From positions 4,053,671-4,117,670 of the forward strand of contig JBNZDD010013730.1 of the NCBI GenBank assembly GCA_050575255.1: a stretch of DNA of 64,000 nt, in the 5' to 3' direction. Of the stretch, positions 1-14,039 are shown piece after piece (positions within the stretch are counted from its first letter, which is position 1; each line of letters starts with the position of its first letter). The notes under the pieces are model-generated. The model saw only the letters and a program-made list of their open reading frames with translations. It searched no databases and was not told where the DNA came from. This DNA comes from Harriotta raleighana. Taxonomy: Eukaryota. Both the position numbers and the translations under genes were made by a program.

Positions 1-39
1 TGCTACATTTGGGTTTTCCTTGGGGCTAGTGACAGCTCA

Positions 40-229
40 CTCACTGCAATCAGGTACTCTTTCAGAACCTGCTCTGACCAGCTCTTAGAATTGTGTTGTA
101 GAGTGTGGTGACTGTATTCCTAGTGCTGTTATTGAGTCAGCATTGCATGTATTGTACTGTATGTCACTGGATGACATTCTTGTCAGCGCCTTGGGACGTC
201 CTCCTGACGTGAAAGGCACTATACAAGTG
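40..229 (+). mobile_element. Retroposon 3' end with L2-type tail; body shared with 10360-10557
   Basis: cagaacctgctctgaccagctctt...tatgtcactggatgacattcttgtcagcgccttgggacgtcctcctgacgtgaaaggcactataca aligns with the copy at 10360-10557. Confidence 0.7.
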
Positions 230-484
230 ATCAGCTTGTGTCATCTTTCATTCATGATCATGTACTCTGGCTCTCGTTTCCTCCCTTTGTCGACTCCTAC
301 AAGATCATTTGTCCATTAACGCCTTCTGAAAATCCTCATGTATAACACACACTAGATTATTCTTGTGGACCAATCTGTTCCAACGTGTCTTTTTAGGCAT
401 AACTTAACTTTCATGAACCAGTATAGACCTTGGAATTATCACCTTTACATTTATTACTTGCACTTGGATGAATTCCTTTAAAAC

Positions 485-1150
485 ATACAAACAGGCTTAG
501 GCCATTTAGCCCCTCAAGCCTGTTCCACCATTCAAAAGATCAGGGCTGATCTGTAACTCAACTGCATTTACCCACCTTTGTTCCATACCACTTAACAAAC
601 CAGCAGAATCATGCATATGACTTTTTTTGCAAAACAAGGATTGACGTTATCTATTTCTTAATCTCCTGATGTGACTATTTCAATTAATGAGCTGCAAAAT
701 ATTCCAGGCTCAGCTCCCCCTACTTCTACTCTAATTTTCTTAAATATTAATGGATGAGTTCCATCAAGTCACATTTTCTAATGAATATTCAAACACTTCA
801 CNAGTCACATTTTCTAATGAATATTCAAACACACTTTTTAATCTCCACTTCATTACCAATCTCTATTTTCTCTAAAAAAAAAGGTAATGCATCTCTTACC
901 CCTCCAAATACTGGAAAGGTTATACCACCACTTGCTGTAATGAACACTATTTTATTTCTTTTTAAATTCCCTTCCAACTTCCGATCTTGTGTTTTTACGA
1001 GGCCTCAATTGTCCTTTGACTGTCTGTAATATATCTTCAAACTTTTCTTCTAATTCTTTAACTGATCCCAACAGATACTTATTAAATTTGTTTCTGCTGC
1101 TTTTGTTGGAAATCTGTGTCAAACACCCTCTACTCAGGAGATAAGTAGGA
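485..1150 (-). mobile_element. Degraded CR1-clade LINE (3' end plus ORF2 fragment)
   Basis: Minus strand ~620-770 reads LDGTHPLIFKKIRVEV...D*EIDNVNPCFAKK with frameshift, resembling CR1 RT PDGIHPRVLKE...DWRIANVTPLFKK. 485-600 resembles a CR1 3' end (ggccatttagcccctcaagcctgttccaccattca). Confidence 0.65.
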
Positions 1151-1705
1151 AAATTATTTTCACTTCTCATGTGGTTTGAGGATTGTTCATTTAAATCTAC
1201 TCTAGTTCTGCACTTATGGACTAAATGTACTCCTGTGGAATTCACTGATGTTGAACTTGCATTGTGTACCACAGTATCACTATTGCACTATACATCACTG
1301 TACCACTCTTGCTTTTAGCGCTCTGCACCACTCCAGTGCCAATTAAAAGAAAAAAAAATTACGCTGTTTGATCCCCAAGAAGAATTTAATTAATCAAGCC
1401 AACTCCCTTACTGATTTGAACTGTCAGCGGGAAAATTTTTAATAATTGACTGGTCTTTGGAGCTTAATCAATGTAAGTTTTTTTTTCTGGGACATGAATG
1501 ATTTGCACAGTGAACTGTGAGGAAAAATAGCTGTAAGTAAGAACTAATATTGTTCAAGTAATTAAAAAGTAACTGGGCAATGCTGGTAAGTAGAATGTTA
1601 TTTTGGAGCTTAATTAGCCAACAAAATCCATATGACTTAGAGAAGGTATATATGAGCTGGAGACAAAAAAACATTGTGGTTTGCTTTTTTCACTCTAGTG
1701 TTACC

Positions 1706-1860
1706 ATCAACAACAACAAAATTACATTTGCATAGCGCCTTTCACGTCAAGAGGACGTCCCAAGGCACTGGACAGATACTGCTTCAAACCCGAGCTGAGG
1801 ATGTGGGCGGNGGGGGGTGGAGGAGTTGCCAATGGGTCCATTGAAGAGGAGTCTTGAGGC
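1706..1860 (-). mobile_element. L2 LINE 3' end
   Basis: (CAA)n then ttacatttgcatagcgcctttcacgtcaagaggacgtcccaaggcactggacag, the reverse complement of the L2 tail at 54898-54972. Confidence 0.75.
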
Positions 1861-4179
1861 AAGATATATTGGTTTTGCACTAATAATCTTACAAACCCAA
1901 ATGCATTGATGTTTAGACTTGCATTGTGCACCACTAGCATTATATACCACTGCAGCTTTTAGAAATCCCAAGTATTAATAGCAGGTATAAAAAAAGTACA
2001 TATTACAGGCATGTTGCTTTTGTGATCTAAGACATGTAATTATAACTGTCGTTGTTTCCTTAGATCATTTATTTTACAATACAATATGAATGCCAGCCAG
2101 TCTTTATTAGTGTGAAATGATCAGATGGTGATAAACATAGCGAACGAATGCATTGTAACACATTGTTGCATTGATTAACTTTGTAATTTAATGCCACTTA
2201 AAACAATATTTGTTCAAACCTTGAGTCATATTTTAAAACGCTGAAGATCAGTTTGATTGGATTGTGGCCTTCCGGCGTGGTGTTTCGTTTTGTCAAAATG
2301 TCACTGGAACGTGATGTGTTGAAACAGTACTCAAGCAGTGCAGAAAAATTGTCTCTTCATTTATTTGGCAGAAAAGCAACTCAATGGAAGTTTTTTTCCA
2401 CATACGTTGGACATTTAATGAGGGCAAATGAAGTTAACAGAAGTAAAACAAGATGAAACCATTCTGTTAAGAATGGACTGAAAGAAATGAAAAATGGAAA
2501 AGATCCAGAGACTTGATCCAAAAGATCTTAAACATTGTCCCCTTTTGCAGCATTTCCATCCAATAAGTTCTCTCAGGCCTCAAAGGCTGATGCAATCAGT
2601 GAAATGCAATGAAAGCTGTTCATAATGTTGGACTATCTCTCACTTTGCACAAATAATATCACCTATTGCAGGGATCGGCAATACTCCCTTGAAGGAAAGT
2701 GCACAAAACGCTAGCACTTTCCACATTCCCATATTTTATTCGCAATCTATCCTGCGAGTTTTTATTCCATCTGCTTCACGCAAGTAAGTGTTGGAAAGTT
2801 TATTCAGGGAAAAAAAAACTTTAGTTCATCCCAAAAGGCTAATGGAGGCTTCAGCTTCTTCCTGATACAACCTGTTGCTCCTGTCTTCCTTTGGGAATGT
2901 GATTGACTGCAGTCCGGAATTTCCTGATCGCAGGTGCCTGGAGGTAATAACTTCTTAGTTCTGCTGCTAAGGATCATTACCTGATATTATTAGTATATTA
3001 AAGGCAATCGATAGATTTTAATTTTTTGGTGACAGAATTCCCTCAGCAGAATTATAGCAAGGTATTCAAGTACTGCAATAATGAGTATATTGACTTCAGT
3101 CTTGCATAAATCACTGAACACAATCTAGTTAGAATGAAGCTTACCGATACCCTGACCTGAATATGTCCAAATTTAAAATATGCAATTGTGACCCGTAATC
3201 CTTCCAGTATTCAAACCCAATATCTCATAGAACGTGATTGTGTGTTTTTAATCACATATCGTAGCAGAAATGCAAGGTTATGCTATTTGAGATTGTACAT
3301 TTTGAAATTAGAATGAAGCAGAGATCACATGTGAAACAATTTTGCTTTCTTTAAATATCCTGATACATTCAAAGCCATATTATATTGAATGATGAAGAAA
3401 TTCTATGACAGACTTCAGAGGGTAATGCTAGGTCATGCTACAATAATAGTGTCTGTGTAGTGATCTATTTTACGTTCTGGAGAGAAAAGGTTAGAAGTAA
3501 TATGTACATTGCTTTTACAGAAAATAATTACGAACACACATTCCTACAGGTTTTCATTTTGTTTTCAATCTTTTAGTTATAACATCAGTCCCTATTATTT
3601 TAAAAATGAACTTTCTGCAAGATGCTACATCATAATTTTAAATACAATCAACATAAAAAAGAAATCAATTAAAATACAATCACTTTTGAACTTTTTCATC
3701 TCCTTTGGCTGTTTTAATTTAAAAGGTTCTGCTCTTACAAGGTCACTGACTTTAAATTTAATTTCTTTTTCTACACACATACAGCTGTGTTATCAAGCAC
3801 ACAGCAGGGAATAATTATCTTACAACATCATTAGAGACTGCAAAGAATCACCCATCCAGAATGATGAAGACCATGGCAAATGCCTGTAAATACATCTAAT
3901 ATATAGCCCCATTTAGACCGCAGGAACTCCAATAAAATGCACCACAGAGATTGGAATCCAAGTCACTCCATTTCCACAACAATCATGCAATGTAATTCAG
4001 AAAATCTCAACGCAGTGCAATAAGGTATCATGTATCTTGTGGACCCAAGTGTTTCCATGAGCAACATTGATGCTCACATGCCAGTGGGAAGACCAACACT
4101 AAAAGAATAGGTATACTGATGTTCACTAGGTAGACTGATGGAAATCACTGATGTGATAGATTCAATGACAGGCATTGAA

Positions 4180-4930
4180 TTAGTCTACCACTAATGCTTC
4201 AGATAAACTAATATCCCACCTCCAACCTTGCCTCTCCGAGGAATATGCTGTCAGTTTTCCTCCTTTCTCTCCCATCACTTCCTCTAGGAATCCCTTCAAA
4301 CTGGCTTTCTGCTCTACCAATAGGACTGAGATAGCCCCAGTCAACGTTGAAACAATATCCTTCAATCTAGAGCCAGAGCTTCTGTGCCTCCTTGACCTCT
4401 TTGATCTCTGTCACTTTTGATAACCTCGCCTCCCTGAAACACATCTATGCCTCTGCAGTTTTCCAGCCTCATTCCTATCTGTGCCAGTATCTCCACTTTA
4501 TCTCTTCCAAAGACTCTTCGTCCTGCCCCCTAATGGTCAAGTGTGCTCAAGTCTTGCATGTTAACAGTCTCCCACATAACATTGACAAAACTGAGGCTTT
4601 TCTGCTTAGCTCCCATCTTCTCATTTCAGACATGTATTCCACCTTCCCGGTTGCTTCCTCCAACTCGTGGAGCATGTACGAAACCTTACTGATCTTAATG
4701 ATCTGTAACTTTCCTTCAAGTGTCTAACCAAGGCAGCTATTTACCGTTTTAACATTGTCCATCTCCATCTCAGCCTCATCATCAGTGTTGTCAATTCCTT
4801 CTTCTCCAGACATGACATCTCCAGTGCCATGCTCTCCGGGCTCCCTACCCAAGTTCCATATCAACCTGAACTATGCAATTCAAGTCATCCTTCACACAGT
4901 TATCTTGATTCTTCAAATGGTGTTCTCAAG
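4180..4930 (+). mobile_element. Highly degraded L2 LINE ORF2 remnant
   Basis: C/T-rich tract with remnants such as aacattgacaaaactgaggc (NIDKTEA, compare LNVNKAEA in the L2 at ~59800); many stops and frameshifts. Confidence 0.45.
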
Positions 4931-7744
4931 CAGGTATTTATCCTTTGTTTTAACATATATTACTCTGTATTCTGAATTTGCATAAGCTGTTAATTATTGT
5001 AGACTTGTTTTTGTTCCTGTTTTTAGACCAGTAAGCAATGGCACAGTCATAATGCGTTGTGTTTAGTCTACTCTCTTGTGATTACTCTGATGGCCAAGTA
5101 GATGAAAGCATCATCCTATGCATTGCAAGCCCATACAGATCAAAAATCAAGCAGAGATGTGGAACTGACTCTAATATGTTTCAGGAATGCAATCTTAAAT
5201 ATTTTAAGTAATGCATACACTTTGTATCTATGTAAGAATATCCTCTTTTGAACATATCTAACACCAAAAATAGTACACAGTGCCACTAATTTTTCCCACC
5301 ACTCAAGGTCACAATTAATTTACCCCAAATGATTTCCATTCATTGATGCTTGAGTTCATGTTTTTGTCACTGAAAGAAAAGTCTACTTTATGCCAAGCAC
5401 TTTGGATTGCACTTAGCAAGGACTCGTTTGTGCCAATACAAACAGCGTGGATAAACTCTTGCTGATGTTTTGACTGAACTGTAACTTGAATTCAATATCT
5501 GTTGATGTAAGTCAGCCTTTTAGCACATATAATCACATTCTGTTATAATAAAGCCCCTTCATCCAGCCCCCACCAACGGCATTGGCTGCACACTGTTGTG
5601 TTAAGGGTGCTGGAGAAGGGGGCCCTCTTAAGTTTTTCCTTCTGAGGCTGATTAAGTGTTTAGTTTTCACTTTAAGCAACATTTTTTTTTGAAAACAAGA
5701 AACCACTTACTCAGCTCCCTCCTGTACATCTGATGGTACCACTCAACAAAAATACCAGTCTGCGTACAATATCCCACATCGGCTTGTACCACAGCTAGAA
5801 ATACTTACTGTGTACACAAGACAGTGGTCTGGAGTTTATCATTGATTTCATATTTCAAGAAACAAAATGTATGATGTGTGACTTGCAAATGAATCTTAGA
5901 AAGATAGCCAGCCAGGAATGTTATAAAATCTTCCTTTAATATCATACCTAGGTTTATATATTGGATTTGTGCCTCAATCGGTGATTTACATTATACACGT
6001 CAATGGAAGGTCTCAAAACCCTGGGGAAATTAATGCTTTGAGGGGAATTTTTAACAATGCAAATAAATTGCTGCAACATTTTTTTTAAATGAAATTTATA
6101 TCATACAAAAAAAATTATAGCAGATGTGCAGCCAGTTAAAACATACGAAGCTGCCCTCTGGCAGCAAAAGAGCCAAAGCCCCAAACCTCCGTATATTCAT
6201 AATTCAAAACTGCAACACAAGTCAGAACCTAACCTGAATACCTAGGATAAAAATGTTGCAGGTGCAAACATTGACATGCAACTTTTGTAGGAAGGTTCTG
6301 TAAAAATATTCGAAGTCTACGTGCGTAATCCTATTCCAATAAACACAATCACAGCCCCTCAACAGAAGGCTTTCTGATATACTGTATATACACAGCCGTG
6401 AATCTTCATTTGTGTTGATTTAAGGAACTTGAAAATCAGTCGATCCCAAACTAAAGGGATTGAATTATTTTCAGGCACATTCTCTTGCATCCAGTTCTAT
6501 CCGAGTGCGTATGACCCCTTCTTCCCCTGAGGTTTCCATCTCCTGGGTCAGAATTTACCTCTCAAAACCAACACTGTCCATTCTATAGCATTGCGATCGT
6601 ATGAAAGTCAGCAGCAATGCCTATGGTTCACTTGATGCTTTCAAAACTACAGATTAGCTAGTGCTAATTCTACTCCTACATTGATGTATGTGAAATTGCT
6701 GTTTTTTTGACCCCCCAATTTTTTTTAACCAGAAAAGAAATGTTACCACTTTTTTACTGAATGTAAATCTTGCTTCTTTGTCTTTGACTGAGTCGTGTTG
6801 AGCTTTGGAAGTGACTGTGATACACCATCTCACTGAATGAAGGACACACCAAAACTGCATTGTTATAGGGTTATCCTGCTTGAAGTAGGTAAGTTTGTTC
6901 CATGTACAGGTATGGCCATTGCTCAATTCGATTTTAGCTGAAAATTGTTGCAGTATTGCCAACATATTTACCAGGTATGCTGGTGATTCTAGCCCTTTTT
7001 GTTGCTGCAGTTTTGGACCATTCCAACATCATCTGAAAATCAATCACGCACAATCAATCATTTGTCAATATTCCCAAGATTGGTTCAGATCATGAAAGCC
7101 CTTTGGCCTATTTGATCTCCTGCTTCCAGAGTACCCACCCTTCTACCATTTTCCCATCACAACAACAAGCTGTTTATATTAAACGATAATCGAATGGAGT
7201 GTTTGCACATTGACTTTTATGTTGTTGCTCTCAAAGGGTGGAAATGGAGATGTACTGGTGGTTCTTTAATTCCACTGTTTTCATCATTTTAATACTTCTT
7301 TGGGGGCTATTTCCCTCCGTCTATCTTTCAAAATGGCAGCAGGCCATTTGAGTCACACCTTCACAGCCTTTTCCGAAACTCGGGTTTAGCAAGTGAACAC
7401 AAGCAATGTTTCAGCCTCAAGAAAGGGGCAATTACAATACATTGTTCTGCAGTTAGCCTTAAATAGGCTGACAAAAGTTCAATCAGCCCCCTGCAGGGAG
7501 CTATGAACACCTAATTAAAGAGCTACAGTGGAGATTCGAAGCAAGTACGGATAAAATATAATCCCTCACCAGCTACAAATCAGCGCTCAATATATAATTT
7601 TTTTTAAATGAGGCAATTTTCATAAAAGTCATCCATAGCTGTTACAATATAAAACACAGAACTATCCAAGACTTAGAATATCAAATGTCATTGATGGTAG
7701 CAGGTGGATGAAGGAATGGCAGCTACATTTTAATGTTGGTGGTG

Positions 7745-8065
7745 GAGTTCCTGGAGCTCAGTGGTTAGAGCACTCGCCTTACAAGTGTGAGACCTGTGTT
7801 CGAATCCAGGCAGATCAGGGCGAGACCTTGGGCAAGTTTCCTCACTCCACACACACACGCCTAAAAATAATCCGTCCAAAAAAACACAATAATAACAATT
7901 GGTCATTTCAATCCACGACCGTTTGTGGGACACTGCTGTGGGAAATTGGCCGCCATATTTCTCCCACAAATATACAGTCAATTCAATTTACAGTATATTC
8001 TGTGAAGCGCTTTGAGACGTCGATAAGATGTGAACAACACTATATCAAATGCGAGGATTATTATA
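7745..8065 (+). mobile_element. tRNA-derived SINE (A/B boxes, Deu-like core, L2-type tail, (TTA)n)
   Basis: Head gctcagtggttagagc...gttcgaatcc; core gtttgtgggacactgctgtgggaaattggccgcc; tail gaagcgctttgagacgtcgataagatgtg...aaatgcgaggattattat. More than 10 related copies in the window. Confidence 0.9.
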
Positions 8066-9599
8066 CACATCAAGGCAACGCCGAATGGAACAGGAAGCCA
8101 GTGCTACTAATTAATAAAAGAAGAAAGGATTCAGTGTGAGTATTGACCACTGAATGTAAGTTTTCAAGTCAATAAACTAGAATGGTAATTGAGGGCTGGA
8201 GCTATTGTGAGGAGCCTCAATCTAAACAGATTAGTTCAGCTGATTGGTGAGGCCATTATTTGTAATGCTGTCTGCAGGTTCTCAATCTTTACAGGGATGT
8301 TTATGAACTGGAGCTGATTCATAGAGTGATATGGGGGCCTGAGAATCACAACACACTGAATTGCAAGGAAACGCTTTTAGAGTTTTCATTGGTACAAAGA
8401 ATATTTTAGAGAAGACATTATTCAAGTCCTTAACTATAATGCAGCTGATCCGTTTATTTTGGGTGAGTGAGGAAATAAATACACCAGGTTAAAATTAACA
8501 AGCAAAACGATCAAGCAAAAGCAAATCTTAGGGGCAAAGAAAGTCCTCTTGTGACTAAGAGTAGACTTTGATGATATGTGTATCTAAAAAAGATTTTCCA
8601 TTTCTAACCGGATGTGTTTGAAACATTTTCACTTTGAGGCAAAAGAATGCTTTGTCTCAAAGAGCTGTGGCGATGTGGCATTATTACTTGTCAAAAGCTA
8701 CTGCACTTAATGGAACGCTCGAACGCTAGCACAGAATATGACTGAATGCCACAGGTCACATGGCAAACAAATACAAACATAAAAAAGGAATAAAAGAAGA
8801 CGAGACAAAATTTTGGAGAAAAAAATTAACAGAACATGAACATGAGAGGAGGAGAACAAGAACAATGTGAAAGGACAATTCTTCCCCTATTTTTCAGCTG
8901 CTGGTCTTTCTCGTTTGTGCTCGGCCCAACTTTTATGATAAAACATTCACCAAAGCACATGTAGACTGTGTTATAATAGTGGTGACTCACAGACATTATA
9001 TTAGTGAGAGTGGAGAGTAATTATTTCTAAATGGGTTGCCAAGGCCAGCTACTTTAAAGTTTAGTTTTTGTTCCACCAGTTTCGCCTGCAGCTTAAAGAA
9101 GACTTCTTGTCACATTCCCTTGAAACTAAACAAATAAGAACTGAAGGGCTATGATTGAGTGTAACACAGTAAGTCAGAAAGTGCTTTATATTTTGTGGCA
9201 AACAATGCATTCAATTTCAGCGTTTAATTTGGCTTACAATCTTGCCCCCAAATCCTTGAACTCCTAGGGTGTCTGAAAGAAAACCAATGATTTTATTTTC
9301 TGAAGTGGAAGCACAGTCAGCAGAGTCGGTTGGGAAAGCATTGAAGATGTTTTTTTTAAAAAAATTATTGCATTGACAAGAACAAATACATAATTGCGTA
9401 TCAATAAAGGCATCAATAAAATCTCTTTTCAAAACCGTCAGCCTACATTAGTGCAGTGAACTCCTCAGTAATCGACATGATTCATCTACATTGGTATTAT
9501 TTAAAACCATTTGAACATCCATGAGTTCAAGTCCCAACACTTGTTCTTCATTCTCATTTTTAAAAAGCCATTAAAAAAAGAAAATAATAGTTTTGTCCC

Positions 9600-9930
9600 T
9601 TAATCCACGACTGTTTGTGGGACACAGAGTGTGCAATTGCCTGGTGTGTTTCGCCCGCAAAATATACAGTCGATTCACTTTACATCCTGTGTTGTGCTTT
9701 GAGATGTCTCATTCAATTCTATTGAAATCTATTTCTCAGAACTCATATAGCATTGGCCTCAAGAACCTCCTCTTCGACGGTCCATTGGTCACCCTAAATC
9801 TCTCCCTTTCCCTCCACCCTCCTCATCCCTGACCCCAGCTTGGATGTGAAACAATGATTGTCCAGGACCTTGGGACGTCCTCCTGATGTAAAAGGCACTA
9901 TACAAGTGTACTTTTGTTGTTGTTGTTGCT
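9600..9930 (+). mobile_element. SINE core fragment followed by L2 3' end
   Basis: atccacgactgtttgtgggacac...tatacagtcgattcacttt, then pyrimidine tract and ccttgggacgtcctcctgatgtaaaaggcactataca(ttg)n. Confidence 0.7.
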
Positions 9931-10359
9931 GGCTCTGAGGGTGAATGCATCTTATGGTTTGATACAGAACCAAAATAAGATAGTCTGATGATCAAGCTCT
10001 GGCTTGTGTTGGATTAGTTTAATTTAGCCACGACCATAGTGGGTGTTTTAAGTGAAAATTTACCAGGGTTCGCACCATTGATCGCTATGTTGTAACTTCT
10101 GTTGGAAAGTACATTTGCTGTAGATTTAAAGTGTGAAAGAATCAAGAATTAGACCCATTGGGGCTGCTTAGCTGCACACCAACATTAACCATTTCAGAGC
10201 ATGAGAGGAGAAGATTTACAGGAAATGTCTCTTATTTTAATTTAAACAGCTGTGCCAAAATATATCTTAAATATACAATACCTTGTCAAAACACCACAAA
10301 AACAAAGATTATGTGAACACAGGAACAAGCAAAGACACTTAGTGTATCCATTTCAATCC

Positions 10360-10557
10360 AGTCAGGTCTTATTCCAGAACCTGCCCTGACCAGCTCTTTG
10401 TATTGTAGAGTGCAGTGACTGTATTTGAGGGTTAATTCCCTTTCCACTGCTATTATTCAGGCAGCACTATGTCACTGGATAACATTCTTGTCAGTGCCTT
10501 GGGACGTCCTCCTGACATGAAAGGCACTATACAAATCTAATTTTGTTGTTGTTGTTA
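10360..10557 (+). mobile_element. Retroposon 3' end with L2-type tail and (TTG)n terminus
   Basis: Same body and tail as 40-229, ending ttttgttgttgttgtt. Confidence 0.7.
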
Positions 10558-10752
10558 TATTGACTATTTTCAATTTAGAAATGAACCCTGATATATCAAG
10601 TTAATCACATTCAAAACTTCTTCAAACATTCTCTGTGCAGTGAGTTACCTGAATTGATTTACCCAAATCACTAAAACGTAGCAATTACTTTTGTTGAAGC
10701 TTTTTCATATAGTGTCCTATTATAATGAAAAGATTTTTTTTAACTTTTAGTG

Positions 10753-10777
10753 GTGTGTGTGTGTGTGTGTGTGTGTG
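10753..10777. repeat. (GT)n microsatellite
   Basis: About 12 perfect GT units. Confidence 0.95.
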
Positions 10778-10929
10778 ATCAACCCCCCAATGTCTCCATA
10801 ATTCGCAACCGACATTCAAACGTACAGAATGTTTGAAATTTACACCGAATGCTGTAGCAGCTTGCATGCTCCTGGCATTAACGCAGAAGGTCTGGCTTCA
10901 GTTCCTATGGCCCTGCTTCGCTTGTAATC

Positions 10930-11540
10930 TGGTAGAGGATCGACAATCTGGCCACATCTTTTAAGCATTGTGAGAAGTGCCATCTGAGTCTAGGAGCTAG
11001 GGGATGGATTTACTCTACAGTTTGCCAGAGGGAGATGCAGTATTACATCGCTGGGTGGCTTAAGGCTTTGGAGAGCATTTGATGTCACTGATATGACAAG
11101 TTGAGCCAATCTCTCTTGAAGAGGCCAAATCTTCACGTCAGCCTTTCCAGGCATTTGCGCCATTTTATCCCCTTCTTGTCGATCACATGCGATCACCAAG
11201 TCGAGGTGTTAAACAGTCGTAACTGGAGACGGCTCTTATTCCTTGTGGAGTAGAAGTGGGTGGGCAGTATCATGATGAATCTTTCTTGACAGTTATTGAC
11301 TTGGTTCCTCTCAGTCACTGAAGGTAACGCACCACTCGTCTGCTCACTGAACTATTCTGTCGATATCTGCTTTCAGTGATTCAGACACCGATTGTCTTTC
11401 CAACATGGGCTTAACCACTCGGTGGTGTCATCAGCAAAAAGAAACCCTTTTGTTGGCGTCTATCAGGACACCGATGAAGGTTGGAAGCAGGATTAGGCCA
11501 ACTACACCAAGCTCACAGAGAGACCCACAAGTAAGGATTG
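10930..11540 (-). mobile_element. Ancient CR1/L2-group LINE reverse transcriptase remnant
   Basis: Minus strand has FADDTT (11421-11438), then SLKADIDRIVQ*ADEWCVTF and further CR1/Crack-like RT C-terminal remnants, with stops and frameshifts. Confidence 0.7.
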
Positions 11541-13369
11541 CAATAAACGGTAAGTGTCCCTTTTAGGTATTTATGTCTTCTGAGAAAGTCACTCATCTAC
11601 TTCAGCAGTTCACCATTTATGCCGCAGAAGCTCAGTTATTCAACGAGATCTGAATGCCCTACAATTTCAGTTCTATAAAAATGTGCAAGGCTGTTGCTCT
11701 AGCAAAATATTGTGCTAGCTAATTGAGCAAAGTATACTAGTTGTAGGCAAAAGCCTGTAGAATATAATGGGAAGGATGTGATTGAGGGTGTTGTGATTGA
11801 CGGTAAGGACACTCGTAGGTAGCTCAAGGCCACAGATCTGTAGCGGCTGAAGACAGCCATTTTGAATGCTAGCTTTTATTGTGATCTACAAACACTTTGT
11901 AGTTTATCACTTTCCTTCATAATGCCCAGCGAACACTAAAAAATCCACTTGCCATTTTGGTAATAGGAACAGGAAGAGTGAGACTCTTGATAGAATGCAA
12001 CAGAATGTGTTGCAAAAGGCTACAGCGTAGTCAGATTAGGATGAGATATTTTGTCCTCGTTCCTGAAATATTAACATTTGCTGTAATTAATTGTAAGTCT
12101 GTTTGTGTTCACTAGACAATGTGACATTATGTTACCACAATATATTGCTCAGAATGAGAACAGCTGGCAATTAAAGTGCCTCGTTGAAGCACAACATTCC
12201 CAGCCTTTTAGAAAGATTGGGGCGTGATATTTAAATTATTTTTGTTTTGCATTTAGTTCTGGAAATCATTCGAAATTAAAACAGGATCAATCATTTTCGA
12301 ACAGGTAGTTTTTCACTGACTAAACGAACAAACATTAGCAGGAGTTAGTCCATAAAGTATGCATGTGTTAAATGTATTGTAACAATTTTAAGTCAGAAGA
12401 TCGGTAAATGAAGAAGTAGGTCTCTACTGCAGAGCTCTCTTACATAATTACCAATGCAGCTTCACAGTGATTTTACCCATTTAACTTCCAGCCAAGCTCC
12501 CTTTCCCTGAGCTACCCAAACACTAGGTTTTATCGTGTGGAGCTGGGACTTGCCAGTTTCACTCACGTGCACAAGCGCATGATGGTCGCACAGACAATTA
12601 TTTGAAGATGAATCATTTGATGGAGCTCAGAGGTAACCTCATACTTTATCTACTAACAATTACGCACAGGAAGTCATTAATTTTTCACCTGAAATTTAAA
12701 AAAAAAGCAGAACTCAGGCATATAATTAACTGGAACTCACTGGAATAAAATGTTTATTTTTAATAACCTATTTTTTTTTCTTCCATTTATTTCTGTTGAA
12801 AGTCTCATGAAGTGAACACGCTTGTAACAATATATATTGAAATAGAGAATTAAAGGCTCTGTATTATCACCTTTGCAAATGTTAACCTGCTCATTAAGAC
12901 GTTGAAATTTGTCCAGTTACTATAAATAACATTTAACTGTGCTTAAATTGCTCGTGTTTAGATGTAGATGCATGGGATGACTCGAACACCTGTGTTTCTG
13001 CTGACTTGTGTAACTATTTTGTTCCCTCTGGAAGTGCGTTCACTCCTATGGGGGTTGCAACAAATCAAGCATGTAGAATAATCCTTTTAACATTGGTGCT
13101 GTAATGCACAATGGGCCTTGGCCCTTCACCTAGGCTCAATTAAAAGCAAAGTAGAGGAGCTGGACCATAAAAAATAAACTGAAGGTAGATGACCTGAAGG
13201 AGAATTGATGTTAATGTTAGGTGTGTGTGTGTGTGTATGCAGCAGATAACACTGTACTGTAAAGTGTAGAGTCATAATTGATTGAATTAATGTCATGGCT
13301 AGTTGTATTCTTCTATATTGTTGTAATGTTCCAGCAATACAATATTATAATACTCTTATTATTAGAATG

Positions 13370-13672
13370 TGGATCCCTGTAGCTTAGTCGTTAGAGCACT
13401 CACTCACAAGTGAGAAGATCTGGGTTTGATTCCAAGCAGGGTGAAACCTTGGGCAAGCTTCCTTATTCCACATGCCTAATAATAATCCCTCCAAAAAAAC
13501 CCAATACAAATTTGGTCACTCAATCCACTACTGTTTGTGGGATACTGCTGTGCGCAGTTGCCTGCTGCCTTTCGCCCAGAAATATACACTCAATTTACTT
13601 TTCAGTATATTCTGTGAAGCATCTAGAACACGTGAAAAGTGCTACATCAAATGCGTAGCTTATTATTATATT
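13370..13672 (+). mobile_element. tRNA-derived SINE, short variant
   Basis: agcttagtcgttagagcactcactcacaagtgagaagatctgggtttgattcc head; same core and tail as 7745-8065. Confidence 0.88.
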
Positions 13673-14039
13673 ATTCGGTCTGATGTCGTAGCATATGTGG
13701 AAAAAGTCTCAAATGTGCTGCATGTGTGAAGTCTACATTTGAGTCAAATGGAACAATTGTAAACTCTCGAATCTCTGTGCTCATTAAAAGGCCTTGGGTT
13801 GCATCATCCTTTTATTCTTCGTGAATATCTGCATGTTGAGGAAGAAATAGCCATCTTTACACCAAATGACAACGTCAAGTACTGGGAGGCGAATCGCTAT
13901 CCTGCTCGTGCGTCTGCTTTTCTGTAGTTATTATTACTATAGTTATTATTGCTCTTAGCTGTTTTACTGCTGTGTTTCCACAGAGTTCAAGGTTGCTATT
14001 TTCACACTCAGTGAGAGTGGCCGTTTCCGCAGACTAGAT

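Noticed and set aside
7745-7815. tRNA-Val-like gene (also 13370, 24230-24300, 58910-58976)
   Set aside because: No proper acceptor stem, and each continues into SINE core and tail; these are SINE heads.
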